Source of the DNA: Fonticula alba ATCC 38817
Lineage: Eukaryota > Protista > Nucleariida
DNA length: 64,000 nt
NCBI GenBank assembly: GCA_000388065.2
Contig: KB932204.1
Reading direction: 5' to 3' (one strand)
Part shown: positions 49,288-64,000 of the stretch, piece after piece
How the letters are laid out: each line of letters starts with the position of its first letter
How positions within the stretch are numbered: the stretch's first letter is position 1
The notes under the pieces: model-generated
Told to the model about the DNA's origin: nothing
Database searches by the model: none
What the model saw: the letters and a program-made list of their open reading frames with translations, nothing else
Made by a program: the position numbers and the translations under genes

Positions 49288-50951
49288 ATGTCTTGTGTGT
49301 GCCCTTTTTGTGGACCCTCGCAAGAGCGCGTCGTCTGACTCCCCCACGGACCGCGTCGTGTCCGTCTGCCCTCCTCCCGTGCTCCTTCTCGCGAAGCAGC
49401 GCCCCGGTGAGGCTGGCCTGCGTGTGCGACAACTTTCCCCGGCCGGGGGAGAGCCATCTCCGTGTTCCTGTGAATACACATACTCCGTACAGTTATCCAT
49501 TTCCCCCCATATATTCTATGGCGAGTCGAGTAGCGCGCCGCGCCGCCAGACCGACCGGGGAGAAGGGCCGTCCCTTTGGGGAGGCCCCTCTCTGTGTGGG
49601 CTGGGCAATGATGCCTCTCCCCCCCTCGTCGGGCGTGTCCTTTCCCTCTCTCCGTGTGCTGTGTGTGTGTGTGTGCTGCCATCTGTCCCGCTCCATTGCC
49701 CGCCCCTTCGTCCCTTCCTTTCTCTGTAGCGTGTGGCGCGCGCGCGCGCGCGTGTGTGTTCGCGTCCTTCTTCCCCTCCTTTTCTGCTCGTTTTTCCTCA
49801 AGGCACAGGGATGGGGCCAGCCATAGTGTCCGTGACGCGTGACGGTGGGCGTATTTCCTTGTGATGGGAGTGTGTATGTGTGTGTGTGTGTGTGTGCGGC
49901 AGGCAGGGGGGGAACGAGGAAACAGGGGGGCGTACGCTCGACCACGGACCCCCGTTGTCTTTTTCGCAGGCCTCTCCTCGCAGCCTGTCCGATGCTCGGC
50001 ACTCGCAGGTTCGTCCTGGTGGGGCTGGGTTCTTCCGACAGCCGAACGCGTTCGTGTAGGCGCGCACCGGGGCGTGCTTGCGAAACTCACGCAGCCATCC
50101 CGGGGGTCCCTGTTTCGTGCCCGGGGCAGGTCGCCCGCTCCTGCTTCCCGGCATCTGCCCCACCCCCTTGCATCGCCCTTTCGTCGATGGTTCCGTGTCT
50201 GCCGCCAGTGGTGTTTCGGCTATCGGCACCCCCCGCACAGGAGGGCATCCTTCTTCTCGATGCGACGCGGGTCTTCGGTTATGTTGGCGAAATGTGGCTC
50301 ACCAACGGGTCCAAAGCATCGGACTTTCAGCTAAAGAAAATAGCAAGTTAAACCGCATTCCCCGAGACTTAACCCAAAAGGCACTGTCTCGACTTTCAGT
50401 CGTTCTGTGATTTCGCCTGCGCCACCGGCGATTGCCCGTGACGGCCGGGGGGGTGCGTGTGTGTCTGCAGTTCTGTGCCCCAAGGCGCGGGCTGGTTGGT
50501 TCCCAGCGCACGGCATCGCACGAGCGCCTGCCCCGAAGTTTCTTGTCCCTGGAGGCCGGGTGTTTTTTTTTTTTTTTTCCTGGCAGCCCTCCTGTCGGCC
50601 CACCGGGGGCCGGACGCTGGGCGGGAGAGAGGCGCATGTCACAGGCCGCCGGTCCGGGGCTCTGGGCTGCCGTGGTGCAGGGGGAACGCTGGGCCGGGGC
50701 ACGGGCCACCATCCGGGTGAGGTTAGACAGGGGGCCGGCACGGGTCGAGGCTGGGCCAACGGAGGCTGCTCCACCGTCCAGGACCCCGACAATCGGCCGG
50801 CGACGAGCCGCCCCCGCGCCTGCTGGTCCTTTTCCGGCCTCTCCCTCGCTGGCCGAGATTGATGGGAGCGTCCCCAAGCTGGGGGAAGCCGCCGCCACCG
50901 GCTCCCAAGTGACCAACTTCCCGATCTACTCCCCCCTGTCCCCCTTTCCCC

Positions 50952-50992
<41 letters not shown>

Positions 50993-51021
50993 GTGCGCGC
51001 GCCCCCTTCCGCCTTGGCCAC

Positions 51022-51645
51022 ATGCTATACCAGCTGCTCATCATCAACAAGGCCGGAGGCCTGGTGTACCAGCACATCTTCCCTCAGACGCGCGCCGGTG
51101 GCACCTCGGCTGCCTCGCCATCACCCAACTCGAATGACTTCCTCATGCTGGCCGGCACTTTCCACAGGTCCGCCCTCCTGCTTCTGTGCACTGTCCCCCC
51201 CCTCCCGCCGGAGCTTCCCTCTCTAACGCCCCCCTCCCCATCAATCGCACCCAGCATTCATGCCCTGGTGGCGCAATTCTCACCCGTGGCCGACTCGTCC
51301 GGCTTGCGGGTGCTAGAGTCATCGCACTTCACGCTCTTCTGCTTCCAAGCCCCCACCGGGACGAAGTTCCTCCTCGTGACGATTCCCCTCTCCGGGTTGC
51401 AAAGCGCCTCGTCAGTCATCTCGCATCATGTCACCCAAACCGGACGCACCGTGCCAACCAGCCTGCACTCCGGCCCTCCGAACTTGCATGCGGTGGCCAC
51501 CGCCGCCTGGCGGGAGATCTACCTGGCGTACGGGGCCTTTGTAGCGCGGGATCCCTTCCACGTGCCGGAGATGCCGATCCGTTGCTCGCGTTTTGATGCG
51601 GCCGTCAGCCGCATTGGTCAACGGGCATCGAGCGGCATTTACTGA
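51022..51645 (+). CDS. TRAPPC4: TRAPP complex subunit 4 (Trs23), 2 exons
   Basis: LLIINKAGGLVY, NSNDFLMLAGTFHSIHA, FTLFCFQAPTGTKFLLV and DPFHVPEMPIRCSRFD. The intron is at about 51168-51254. Confidence 0.92.
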   Translation: MLYQLLIINKAGGLVYQHIFPQTRAGGTSAASPSPNSNDFLMLAGTFHRSALLLLCTVPPLPPELPSLTPPSPSIAPSIHALVAQFSPVADSSGLRVLESSHFTLFCFQAPTGTKFLLVTIPLSGLQSASSVISHHVTQTGRTVPTSLHSGPPNLHAVATAAWREIYLAYGAFVARDPFHVPEMPIRCSRFDAAVSRIGQRASSGIY

Positions 51646-52161
51646 GAGGCGGGGATGCGTGTAGCCATCCCCCCCCCCCCCTTCCCTCTCCCCCCTTCCC
51701 TCTCCCCCCTCCCCCGCTTCCCTCTCCCCCTCTGTCCTTGTCATCCCTCCATCCAATCTTCTCTACAAATACATAGTCACTATGGCGTGCTTGCTCTCCC
51801 GGTGTCCTGGGCTTGCGAGGCACAGGGGGGAGGCATACACATTGGGCAACATCAAGTTCGGGTGGGGGTGGATTGTATGCCTTTGTCGTGCGCAAGACAC
51901 ACGCACACCGGGAGGACACCCTTCCAGGCGGAGCGCGCACACGCGCGGTGGTCTGATAAATTACAAGGGGCCTGCCCTGGCCCGTCATTTAGAGAGGCAG
52001 AGCATGGCAAGGGGGAGGAAGGGACGCGCATGGTCCGGGTACGTCCCGTGTGTGATCACGCACGGGCAGCGATTGGATGCGGTGCACAAGGAGGGGAACT
52101 TCGGGGTGGCTGGGTGTGCGTGGGGCTGGGCGCCTTTCTCTTACCGAGAGTGTCTGACGTA

Positions 52162-53837
52162 TTACCGGTAGCCGACGACCATCTTCAGGAGGGAATATCG
52201 GAGGGAAAAGGGCATGAAGGGGGAGGCAAATGTGAGTCGGCACGAGTCAATCGGGCCGTGAGCGAGGGGGGGGGGGGGGGGGCGTGAGGAACGCACCTGG
52301 GCGAAGCCCCACTCAGTGTCAAGGGTGATCGGCTCATCAATCTGGATGGTGGGCTTGGTTTCGCCGGCCTGGGCATCCGGGCGGCGGACGACACCAATCT
52401 GAACGGTGTTGGCAGCCTGGGTGTTGCGGTAGAACAGGACCTTCAGGGCATCCTTCATAATCTCCTTGGCAGCCTCCTCGTCAATCGAGTCAATCTTGCC
52501 CTCGACGCTGATTTCCGACACACAGGCAGGCAGAGAGGGGACAGGGTGGGGGTGGGGGGTGGGGGAGAAGGGCGGACAGGGAGGATCAGTAGGTGGACAA
52601 AATGCATGGGAGGGGGGAAAAAATGTGGGAAAGTGCCTGCTGGACGCACGCTTCACGGAGCAGCGGCTGGCCAAGATAGTTACCGAAGCCAGTGGTGACA
52701 GTGTCGGCCTGGTAGCTGCCACCGCGGAGATCCACCTGCCCGAGGAAGCTATCGAGTGATGGGGCATACACAGGTGAGTGACAGGAGAGGGGGGGAGGGG
52801 GGGGGGGGATGGGGAAAGATCGAAGCAAAGGGAGATGCGATAAAGGAAAAAAAAACGCACCTCTTGCCCTGGGTGTCGACGCCAGCCACCACCAGAGTGT
52901 TCCAGAGGGGGTCGAACTTGTTGCGGCGATGGTACATCATGGAGGCAAGATACTGGATGTGGCACGGAGGAGCAAAGGGGGGAGGGGGAGGTGTTAGACA
53001 TGGTGCGCATGGGGCAATCGGGGGAACATTCTCTCTGTCCATCCTACTTCCGGGAGGATCTCTGGGTGAGGGGCATACCTCGAACACATGGCGCGGAGAG
53101 AGGGAGTGGCCGTCGTCGCAAGTGCGCTCCTTGAGGCTATCTCGGATGGGGAGAGATCATATGCGGTGAGTTAAACAGGGGGACAGCCACCCAGGGGGAG
53201 AGGGAGAGAGAGCACGAAGCATACGTACACAAGGTCATCCAGGAGGCTCTTGATGTACTGGAAATCGGCATAGTCACCGGAGAAGCCGACAATGGTGGCC
53301 GGCTCCACGGTGATCAGGCGCTCGACGTTGCGGAACTTGTCCATGCTGCCGAACATGACTATGACCGGGGGCAAAAGACCGAGGTTAGAGGGGGGGATGT
53401 GCTCAAAAAGGGGGAGGAAAGCCGAGCATTGGGGTGGCGAGTGCGCGCACGGTGGTTGTCGCAGGCGATCATCACGCCGTCCTTGTACTTGAGAGCCAGG
53501 ACTGCAGCACCAGTCATGATGGGCGAGCTGTGTGTGTGTGTGTGTGTGTGTGTGTGGCGTGTGGCGTGTGGTGCATCCATCGTCAGAGGTCATATCTAGC
53601 GGGGAGTGTGGTTGCAGGTGGCGGGGGACAGAGGCACAGCCAGGGCAAATCTAAACAGCATACACACCTGGCGTGGGCGGTGGGGGTGCCGCCGCGAGAG
53701 AAAGCAACCGGGGCGCTCATAGGCTTCTCGGCACCGGAGTCACTCGGGGCAAAGGTCGGCTGGCGGGCCGCCGAGGCGAGGGTCATGGCACAGGGGCGGC
53801 CCAGGTGGGCGCGGGGAAGGAACTCGGGGGAGTTCAT
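52162..53837 (-). CDS. PSMB4: 20S proteasome subunit beta-7 (PSMB4/Pre4), multi-exon
   Basis: SPIMTGAAVLALKYKDGVMIACD, GFSGDYADFQYI, MYHRRNKFDPLWNTLVVAG, TGFGNYLGQPLLR, DALKVLFYRN and WGFAQMVVGY. The start Met could be 53837 or a downstream Met. Confidence 0.93.
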
Positions 53838-55788
53838 CACGGTGCTGGGGTGGGGGGCGACGAGGCAGGGGGCCAAGGGAGGAGAGAGGGCAGGAGGAGG
53901 GGGAGGGGAAGGGGGTGGCTACGCGATCGGCAGAGGGGAGGATTGGAGGGAGGGAGAAAGGGGGTGGGAGGGGGGCTGGAGGGGATTTGTATCGCGACAG
54001 GGTACTGGGGCTTCCCTTTGGGTGACGAGGGACAAAGCATGCTCGTGGCACTAGAGAGAATGGGGGAGCATCATCGTCACCTCCCCCCCCCCCGGGCTGG
54101 CCCTCTCTCCGGGCGAGTGGTGTCTACGGGACAGCCTGACAAGAGAACGGGCTGTGTCATGTCCATCGTGCGGGCGCACCTTTCGGGGGGGGGGGGGGGG
54201 GGGGGGGGCGGGTGATGCGCCCCCACCCATCGGGGCTGGCGGGAAGCCGGACAGGTCTTCTTGCCCTGTGTCCCCCCGGAGGAGGGGCGTGTCCGCACGG
54301 GCAGAGGACCGAGCAGGGGGTGATGCAACCAGCTCCGGAGCCGCACCACCGCCAGCCATCCGCGTACTCTGCAATGGGTATTTCCAGCTCTTCCCCTTGG
54401 GCGCATCATCGGACGGCCCTCTGACAGGGAATCTTCCAGCACGGCCGATGTTGAGAGCCGTCGGACCTGTGTGTGTGTGTGTGTGTGTGTGCGCGGCAGA
54501 ACGGGCATTCGGTCCGGACAGCGGTTCTTGTGTGGCCCGAGCAGAACCGGGTCCAGGCAAGCTGCCTAATCTCGAAGATGCACGGGATCAGTGTCGGGGG
54601 AAATATCACATACCGTGAAGGTGACCAGGCGAGGTTGGTCGACTTTCGGGAGGCGTCCCTCAAAATCGATGGCCCGGGCTCGCCCAGGCTGAAGGAGACC
54701 ATCATGCCTCTCGAGATCCGATCCACTGGGAGCTGCACCCCCGCCGGCGAGGGCTGATGGGAATTGGTTCGTGCTGTTCCTGCGCGGGTTCTTCGGACCC
54801 TCGCCGCACCTCGGGTGATGTATGTTGGCAAAGAGGCCGCCACCTCTCGATCTTCCTCCAACAAGCAGCCCCCCCCTTCGGCCCGCAGTAAGACTCTGCC
54901 CAAAGGGCCGGCTGGCCGCCTCGGCCCCGGGCTCCGGCGCTCAGACACGGCTCCTCAGGGGAGAATGCCCGGGGGGGGGGGGGGCGGAATATGGAGAGTG
55001 GGTTGGCAATTACCAGGGTGTGCTTTTACCCACACTCAGTAGGTTGGCAATTGGCCTCTCCCTGCCACATCCCGGCCCGGCGAGTGTGTGCATCCCGTGT
55101 GCGTGCGTATGTGTGTGCGTGTGTGTGTGCGTGCGTGCGTGCGTGTATGGCTCAGACCCATCCCCCGTGCCTGTTTCTCCCTTCTCCCCTGTTCCCGGTG
55201 GGCGGCACGATCGCCGTGGACCCAACCGTGTGAGTAAGGGCAAGATCGTGCCTCAAGGACCGTCCTCTCTCTCCCCCCCCCCTGAGAAAGAAAGCACATG
55301 CTGTTGTGACAATCGCCCGACCCGGCCCCCGCGGTCTTCCCCCTCTCGTTTGCCCCGTTGCTCGTGGGCCATGGTGTGCGGAGAGTAGATGGGACATTTG
55401 AAAGCCCCTGGCCAGACGGTCGGCCTCCCCAGCCCCGGGTCCCCCCCCTCATCTCCTCCTTCTCACTCGCTTTAACATATCCGTTTCCCTCTCTTTCGGT
55501 GTTTCAGCGTCTGGCTGGTGGTGTGAGGTGTCCTTGTGCTCTTGCTTAGGCTTCCTTCTTTGATCTATCGGAGCAGACTTGAACTTGCAAGGCATTTCTC
55601 GTTGCGCGCGTGTGGTCCCGTACTCTGACGATACCCAAGTCAGCCGGCTGGCTGCACACGCGTAACTCCACCCTTCAAGTTCCTCTCGCGCTCCAATAGG
55701 CATTGCTCGTCTCCCTCCCCGACGTGTGCGCTCGTCCCCCCCCCCCCCCCTGACGCCCCCTTCATCGGGTCCCTCATCGACTGGAGAG

Positions 55789-58700
55789 ATGTCTTCGCGT
55801 GGTGCTCCCACGCGCAGGCGCCATCGCGACCGGTCCCCCAACTCGACGCGGGGCCGCCCCAGGGCAGGATTGGCGGTCAATCCTTCAAAGAACCAAGCCA
55901 CAAAGCGCCGGAGCACAATCGACCACTCAAGCGTCCCGACCCCTCCTCTTCGGGAGCTTACACCCCCCCCAGTTCATGTCAAATCCCCGCCACCCGGCGA
56001 TGTCGACAATGATACCGCCCACCCGGCGAGCAGCCCCTCGACGGGTTCATCTTCCTCTGGCACGGAAACCACGCCCCCCTCGGGCAAGTCTCAACCTTCA
56101 CTCTCTGGCCCGGCGGCATCGGTGGCATTGCGACGCCGTGCGACGGCCATGTCACGCCTGGTGCTGTCGCAGAATGCCGAAAAGAATAATGCCCTGCGCC
56201 CGGCCCGTTCAAGTCGGCGCATTGCCCAGCCAAGTGCATCCCCCACGCCGGCCCCATCCTCACCCTCCGACAGTGGTCGTGCCGTTCCCCTTGGGCACAA
56301 CATCTGGACCGAGCCTTCCTTCAGCGCCTTCTTCGGCTCGACCGAGCTGTGTGACATTGAGATCCATGAGCCGCTGCATGCGCGAAACCTCCGCGAGCCA
56401 GATGGCGCTTTCGATGAGAATGGCGAGTACACCTCCAAGGACAGCTACACCGACGAGGAGCTTCACCAGCTGGTGAATGAGATCCAGCGCATGCATCAGC
56501 CCGTGACCGGCACCGACACCGGTCCCTGGCTGCGCACCGGTTACGTGTTCGACACGCGCACTCTCAGTCATGTGGACAATGATGAATTCGAGTGTGCGCA
56601 GCGTGTGCTGGCAGCCAACCACCTGCTACTTCAGGCTGGGCTTCTGGCGCCGCTGGCCACGTCGGAGATCTCGGGCGTTGTGGCGCCCACACCGCGACGC
56701 TTCGGTCCCACTGACCAGACGATGAGGTGGCGCATGGCCCATCAGTCCCTGCCCCAGTCTTCGGGCCTGCTGGCGCTTGACCAGTCCCTTACTCCGGAGA
56801 CTCGCCGGGCCCGGGGCCAACTCATTCCGATTCCTGCGGCACCAGTTACCTGGGAGCAGGTGGGACTGGCCCACTCGGCCGAGTTCGTGGCGTCGCTGCA
56901 GCTCCTTGAGAGTGCGTGTGACCAAGCCTTTTCCTTTTCCTTTTCCTTTTCCTTTTCTTCTTCTTCTTCTTCTTCTTCTTCTCCTCCAACATTCCCCTTC
57001 CTCTTCTGCCCCTTTGCTGTTCCCTGACCCTGTCCTGAATCCCTCTGATACCGCGTCCCATTCCTCCTCCTCCTCCTCCTCCTCCTTCTCCTCCTCCCTT
57101 CATACACACCGGCTTTTGCATGGACAACAATCTTAGCACTCCCATCTCAGGATTTGACGTTGATCGGCGACAGACTCGACTCTGTGACGTATGGGCCCTC
57201 GACCCTGGAGGCGGCTCTCGTGTCGGCCGGTGGCGTGGTCGCCCTTTTGGATGCCATTTCCGAGGGCACCATTGATAACGGTGTTGCCATCGTTCGGCCG
57301 CCGGGTCATCATGCCGAGCACACACACTCCAAGTGCGCCCCTCCCTTCTGTTTCTGCTGCTGTTGCCCTCCCTTCCTTTCTCTTCCCTCTGTCGACGCGA
57401 CCTTCTGCGCATCTGACCTCTCCCCTCGCCCTGGCTGCCTTTGCTCTTCCCACTTCTCCCCTCTATCTCTATCTATCTATCTATCTCTCTCTCTCCCTCT
57501 CCCTCGCGCACGCGCGCGCGCGCGCCGAATGCAGGGGCTTTTGCATTATCAACAATGTGGTCCTCGCGGCTCAGGTGGCTCTGATGCAATATCCGCACCT
57601 CTACAAGCGAGTCCTGATCCTCGATTGGGATGTTCACCATGGTGCGTCTGCTGATGGCCAATCTCCCAGTCTCAAGCTGTCTCCCTGGCTGCTCTTTCTC
57701 TTTGCCGGCATTCTAAACCCCCTCTTCCCTGTGACTCCCTCAGGCAACGGCACCCAGCGTGCTTTCGAGTCGGACCCGCGCGTCCTCTACATTTCGTTGC
57801 ACCGACACGACCATGGGCACTTCTATCCCCACTCGGCGGCGGCGGACTACGACTTCGTCGGCCTCGGTCATGGAGCTGGGCGGTGCGTTTGTTCGATTGT
57901 CTTCCCCTCTCCAGGTGTGTCCCACGGGGCGCAGGACGCTCACCTCCTTGCTTGCTCTCCCCTATGCCCCTCGGTCCACAGCAACATCAACGTCGCCTGG
58001 AACCACGACTCGATCTTGGATGCGGATTACGTGTACGCCTTCCAGCACTTGGTGACGCCAGTGGCGCGCGAGTATGCCCCGGATTTGGTTATCATCTCGG
58101 CCGGGTTCGATGCCGCGCGTGGGGATCCCCTCGGAGGCCCGGTGGCGGCCTTGTCATATGAGGCCTATGCCTTCATGACGGCCGAGCTGCGCAGCGTGGC
58201 CCCCCACCAGCGCGTCATCCTGGCCCTCGAGGGCGGCTACAACCCTCGGTCTCTGGCCATGTCGGCGTTGGTGTGCGTCAGCAACATGCTCGGCCCTGGG
58301 GGCTACCAGCACCGGTTGGACATTGGCCAGAGTCTGCGCCAGGCACACCCGGAGGCCGTGAAGGCGGTGATCCGGTCGCGGTATATTCACTCGCGTTTCT
58401 GGGACGTGCTGAAGGAGCCCCTTCCCAGCGAGCCCGATGGCGAGTGCATGGATGTCGAAAGCGCGACGGCGCTGACCCTGCGCCTGGCGGCCGAGGCATT
58501 CGCGCGGGAGGTCCCCGCCCCGCAGGAGCATTGGCTGTCAACTGCGGCCCTGGATGCGATGTATGCCAATCTTCTGGCCGAGTACGGGCTATATTGCCTG
58601 TCTGGCGGGACACTCTCAAGACTATCCTCACCCTCCAAGCGTAGCCAGCTGGTGGCTTTTCACCGAGGTCTGTCGGAGCAGGAGGACCTTGCTCTTGCCC

Positions 58701-60193
58701 GGCAGCTGGGGCTGTTCTTCCCGGCCTACCCGTCACCGGTATCGAAGTTGATCAATCAATGGTGCCACCCGTCCAATCGGAAGCTGCCTCGTGGGTTCAG
58801 CCACATCTTCGTCGTGGTGTCCGCATCGTGCGTATACCCTCTCGCCATCCTTCTCTCTCCCTCCCCCCCCCTCCCCTCCTTCCCTTCCCCCTGGTCTCCT
58901 TTTCCATCCTTTCTCATATGCCCTCGAGTTCCTCGCATTCCGGCTGCCCTTGACTTTGTCTTCTTCTCACACCCCCTTTGTCTGATGGCTGGCAGCGTCC
59001 TGGGCCATGCTCCCGCCGTCCGGGATGCCTATGCGCGGTTGTCCGCGGCCAGCCTCATCCCCTCGGTCCTGTTGACCTGCGTGACTCGGGCGAACAGCGA
59101 GGACCTCGTGTCAATGGTCGATCAGTTGTCGGCACAGGCCTCGCACGACCATATGCAGGCCACTTTGGCCAACCTGCCGCCGGGACACGTGGTCCAGGGT
59201 CTCCGTGGGCGTGGGGTTGCGGCCAGCGAGCTGGCCCGTTCGGGGCGTGTCCTAGGCAGCACCCCATCACCAACCATGGTAATCCCGGATGTCAAGCCGG
59301 CGACCAGTGGGCAAAGCACCAAGGCGAATGACACTATGGCCTCTGAGCCAGGCGTCAAGGAGCCACCGGCGACCGAGCCGACCAGCCCTACCGATGGCCG
59401 GCCCCGTTCAGCGCAGCCTGTCGAGGAGAAGCTCCCGACACAGCCAGGCCCATGTGCTGCATTCGCGGTCCATGTCCTGTTGGATGCCGAGGGCGACTGT
59501 GTGGACCTTGGCAAGTTGGCCCGGCGTGCCGTTGCTGCTGCTCTTGAGTGCGTTCCCCCTCCCCTGCCCCGCCCGCCCGCCCGCCCGCCCGCCGGCTCCC
59601 ATGCCGCTGTTTCCTTTTCTTGCCTTTCCCCACTCTCCCCCTAACGATCCGGCTTCTCATCCATTCCACACAGGGACCTTTCGTGTTTTGAGAGCCCACG
59701 TGGGGCCGATGTGGTCTTGGTGATCGATGATGTGAGCGCCGGACTGATTGCCAACAAAACGGGCACAACGCCTGTGTCCTTCCTCTTTGACAATGCCGAA
59801 CGCATCGAGTCCGCCTTGGTGGCCATTTCCTCCTTTTCCATTTCAATCGCCGACGCCCGGCAGACCAGCCAGGAGGGACTCGGCCTGCCAGCTGAGACGC
59901 CACTTCTCTATCTACCGTGTACGATGCCGGCATCGCAATTCCAGCCAAGGCGCCCATCCTCCGGCACCAGCACCGACGAGCACGCAACTCCACAGCACGA
60001 TGCCCCGACCGTTGCCACATCCCCGGCCGAGTCCCCCAGCCCGACAACCTCCCCGTCCCTGGGATCGCTGCCACAACATTATCCCGAATTTGAGACTACG
60101 TGCGTTTTCAACGCCACATCGGAGATGCTCCTTCGAAACTTTGACATCGTCTGGGGGTTTGTGTCATCAACCAAGAGGTCTGAACACAATTAG
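55789..60193 (+). CDS. Class II (Hda1/HDAC6-like) histone deacetylase with a single catalytic domain, multi-exon
   Basis: VRPPGHHAE, GFCIINNV, ILDWDVHHGNGTQ, YISLHR...HFYP, NINVAWN, PDLVIISAGFDAARGDPLG and LALEGGYN. All catalytic His/Asp/Tyr residues are present. Confidence 0.92.
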
Positions 60194-60392
60194 CCACAAA
60201 TACATCTTCGGAGTTCACCCGAGTTTGCTTGCTTCCTTCCTTCACTTGGTGATCTTCTCCCCACATGGGAGGAAGGATGCGTGGCGGCGTGAGCGCAGAG
60301 GAGCGACGGGCGGGGGTGGTGCATTATCTGTGGAGGGTGGGCATATTCGAATGGGGTTGTTGCCTTGCGACCGGCTTCCTGGCGGGCCATTT

Positions 60393-63035
<2,643 letters not shown>

Positions 63036-64000
63036 GATGCGGGTGGCGAGTCTGGGTGGGTGGGTGGGTGGGTGGGGGGGGGAGGGGGAAAGGGGGAAAG
63101 GGGGAGGAAGTAGCGGTGGTGGGGAGATCAATCCAAGGCACAGCAAGAGAGGGGATGGGCAGGGAAGGCAAATGGCAGGGAGCCGTGGGCCGGTGCTGGT
63201 CAGGATCGTGGCCGAAACGTGTGGCCGAGACAAGAGGGCCCGGACCCGCAGAGGCTCTCGGGTCGTCGGCCACTGTGCCGGTGATTGGGGGTGGCAAAAG
63301 CCCGGCCTGCCAAGGAGCACGAGACGCCTGGCGATCTCAACCCGGCGGTTCGCAGGCATATGAAATGTGCCGGGCCATGGTGGGTGCTTCTTTTCCGCGA
63401 GAGCAGGCGAAAATGTACAACACCATTCCATGGCATATAGTATGTGCTGTCCGATAGTGCAGAACATGGACGTCTCCTGGGCTCATCCGCAGGGGCTCAC
63501 ACGTATTCGCTTGGGGGGGGGGGGTGTTGTTGCGGGGCAAGCTGATGAGTCTGCCCCCCGCCCCCTTTGTTGGGCCCGGGCAAATGAGGCGAGGACACAG
63601 GAAGGCCCCTCCTCCCGCGGCGGGGGATGTCCGCGGAGAACCTCGGACGAGGTGGCCACCCCAGCCTCTAGGGCCGCGGAGGGGACCGTTGGCGACTGGG
63701 CATCTGTGAATGGGAGGGGGGGGGGGGGGGGGGGGCGAAACGTGCCCCCCTGCACGTTCCATCCGAGCCGGTGTCAAGGGAGGGGGAGCGGGCTGGCGGC
63801 GGCCCCGTCCTAGGCGTCCTATCCTGCTGGCCCGGGATGGGGCCGGAGATGCCTCGGACCGCCAGATTAGCCCAAACACGGGCGGGCCCCGGCCCTCTCG
63901 CTGCCCAGCCACAGGGAGGGGAGCCCTCGGTACGCCCAGCCGCAGGGGTGCCGCGGGGGGGGGGGGGGGCCGGCCTGGGCCGGGAAGGGCGGCCGGGCCG

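Noticed and set aside
50338-50352. AAATAGCAAGTTAAA, an exact 15-nt match to the SpCas9 sgRNA scaffold
   Set aside because: The match does not extend (no GTTTTAGAGC upstream, no TAAGGCTAGTCCG downstream) and includes part of the engineered GAAA loop. There is no repeat array or nuclease gene nearby, and it overlaps a candidate exon end. Treated as coincidence.
55017-55035. Hairpin with a CTTTTACC loop resembling U5 loop I
   Set aside because: The loop is too short, lacks GCCTTTTAC, and has no Sm site at a suitable distance.
63190-63520. In-frame upstream extension of MARS2 and other coding-like frames
   Set aside because: Three frames look equally plausible, a pyrimidine-rich UTR-like tract intervenes, and the ATG at 63035 already gives a good mitochondrial presequence.

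Overview
This is GC-rich, intron-rich eukaryotic genomic DNA with eight N-gaps and many poly-C/G, (CA)n and (CT)n tracts. It looks like a unicellular opisthokont; Fonticula-like is an inference from composition and gene content and was not verified. Manual exon joining supports 13 recognisable protein-coding genes: ISCU (3' part), NDUFA8, METTL16, RPL22, MPS1/TTK, ZNG1/CBWD, LRMDA, an IQ-DH-PH RhoGEF, a tetraspanin, RPL27, TRAPPC4, PSMB4 and mitochondrial MetRS. It also supports a class II HDAC, an orphan RNI-type LRR gene and three tRNA genes (Gln-CTG and two identical, divergent Ser-CGA). I could not support any transposon, CRISPR array, viral insert or prokaryote-type system. The most interesting signals are: (i) a 5' splice-site consensus GTRCGY with C at +4 in 21 of 27 hand-placed donors, alongside an apparently intact U6 m6A methyltransferase METTL16; (ii) an LRMDA orthologue retaining the C-terminal tail linked to Retriever/Commander binding; (iii) the A1:U72 tRNA-Ser pair; (iv) AT-rich hairpin islands and several unannotated coding-like patches. 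Most listed six-frame ORFs are artefacts of high GC and repeats.
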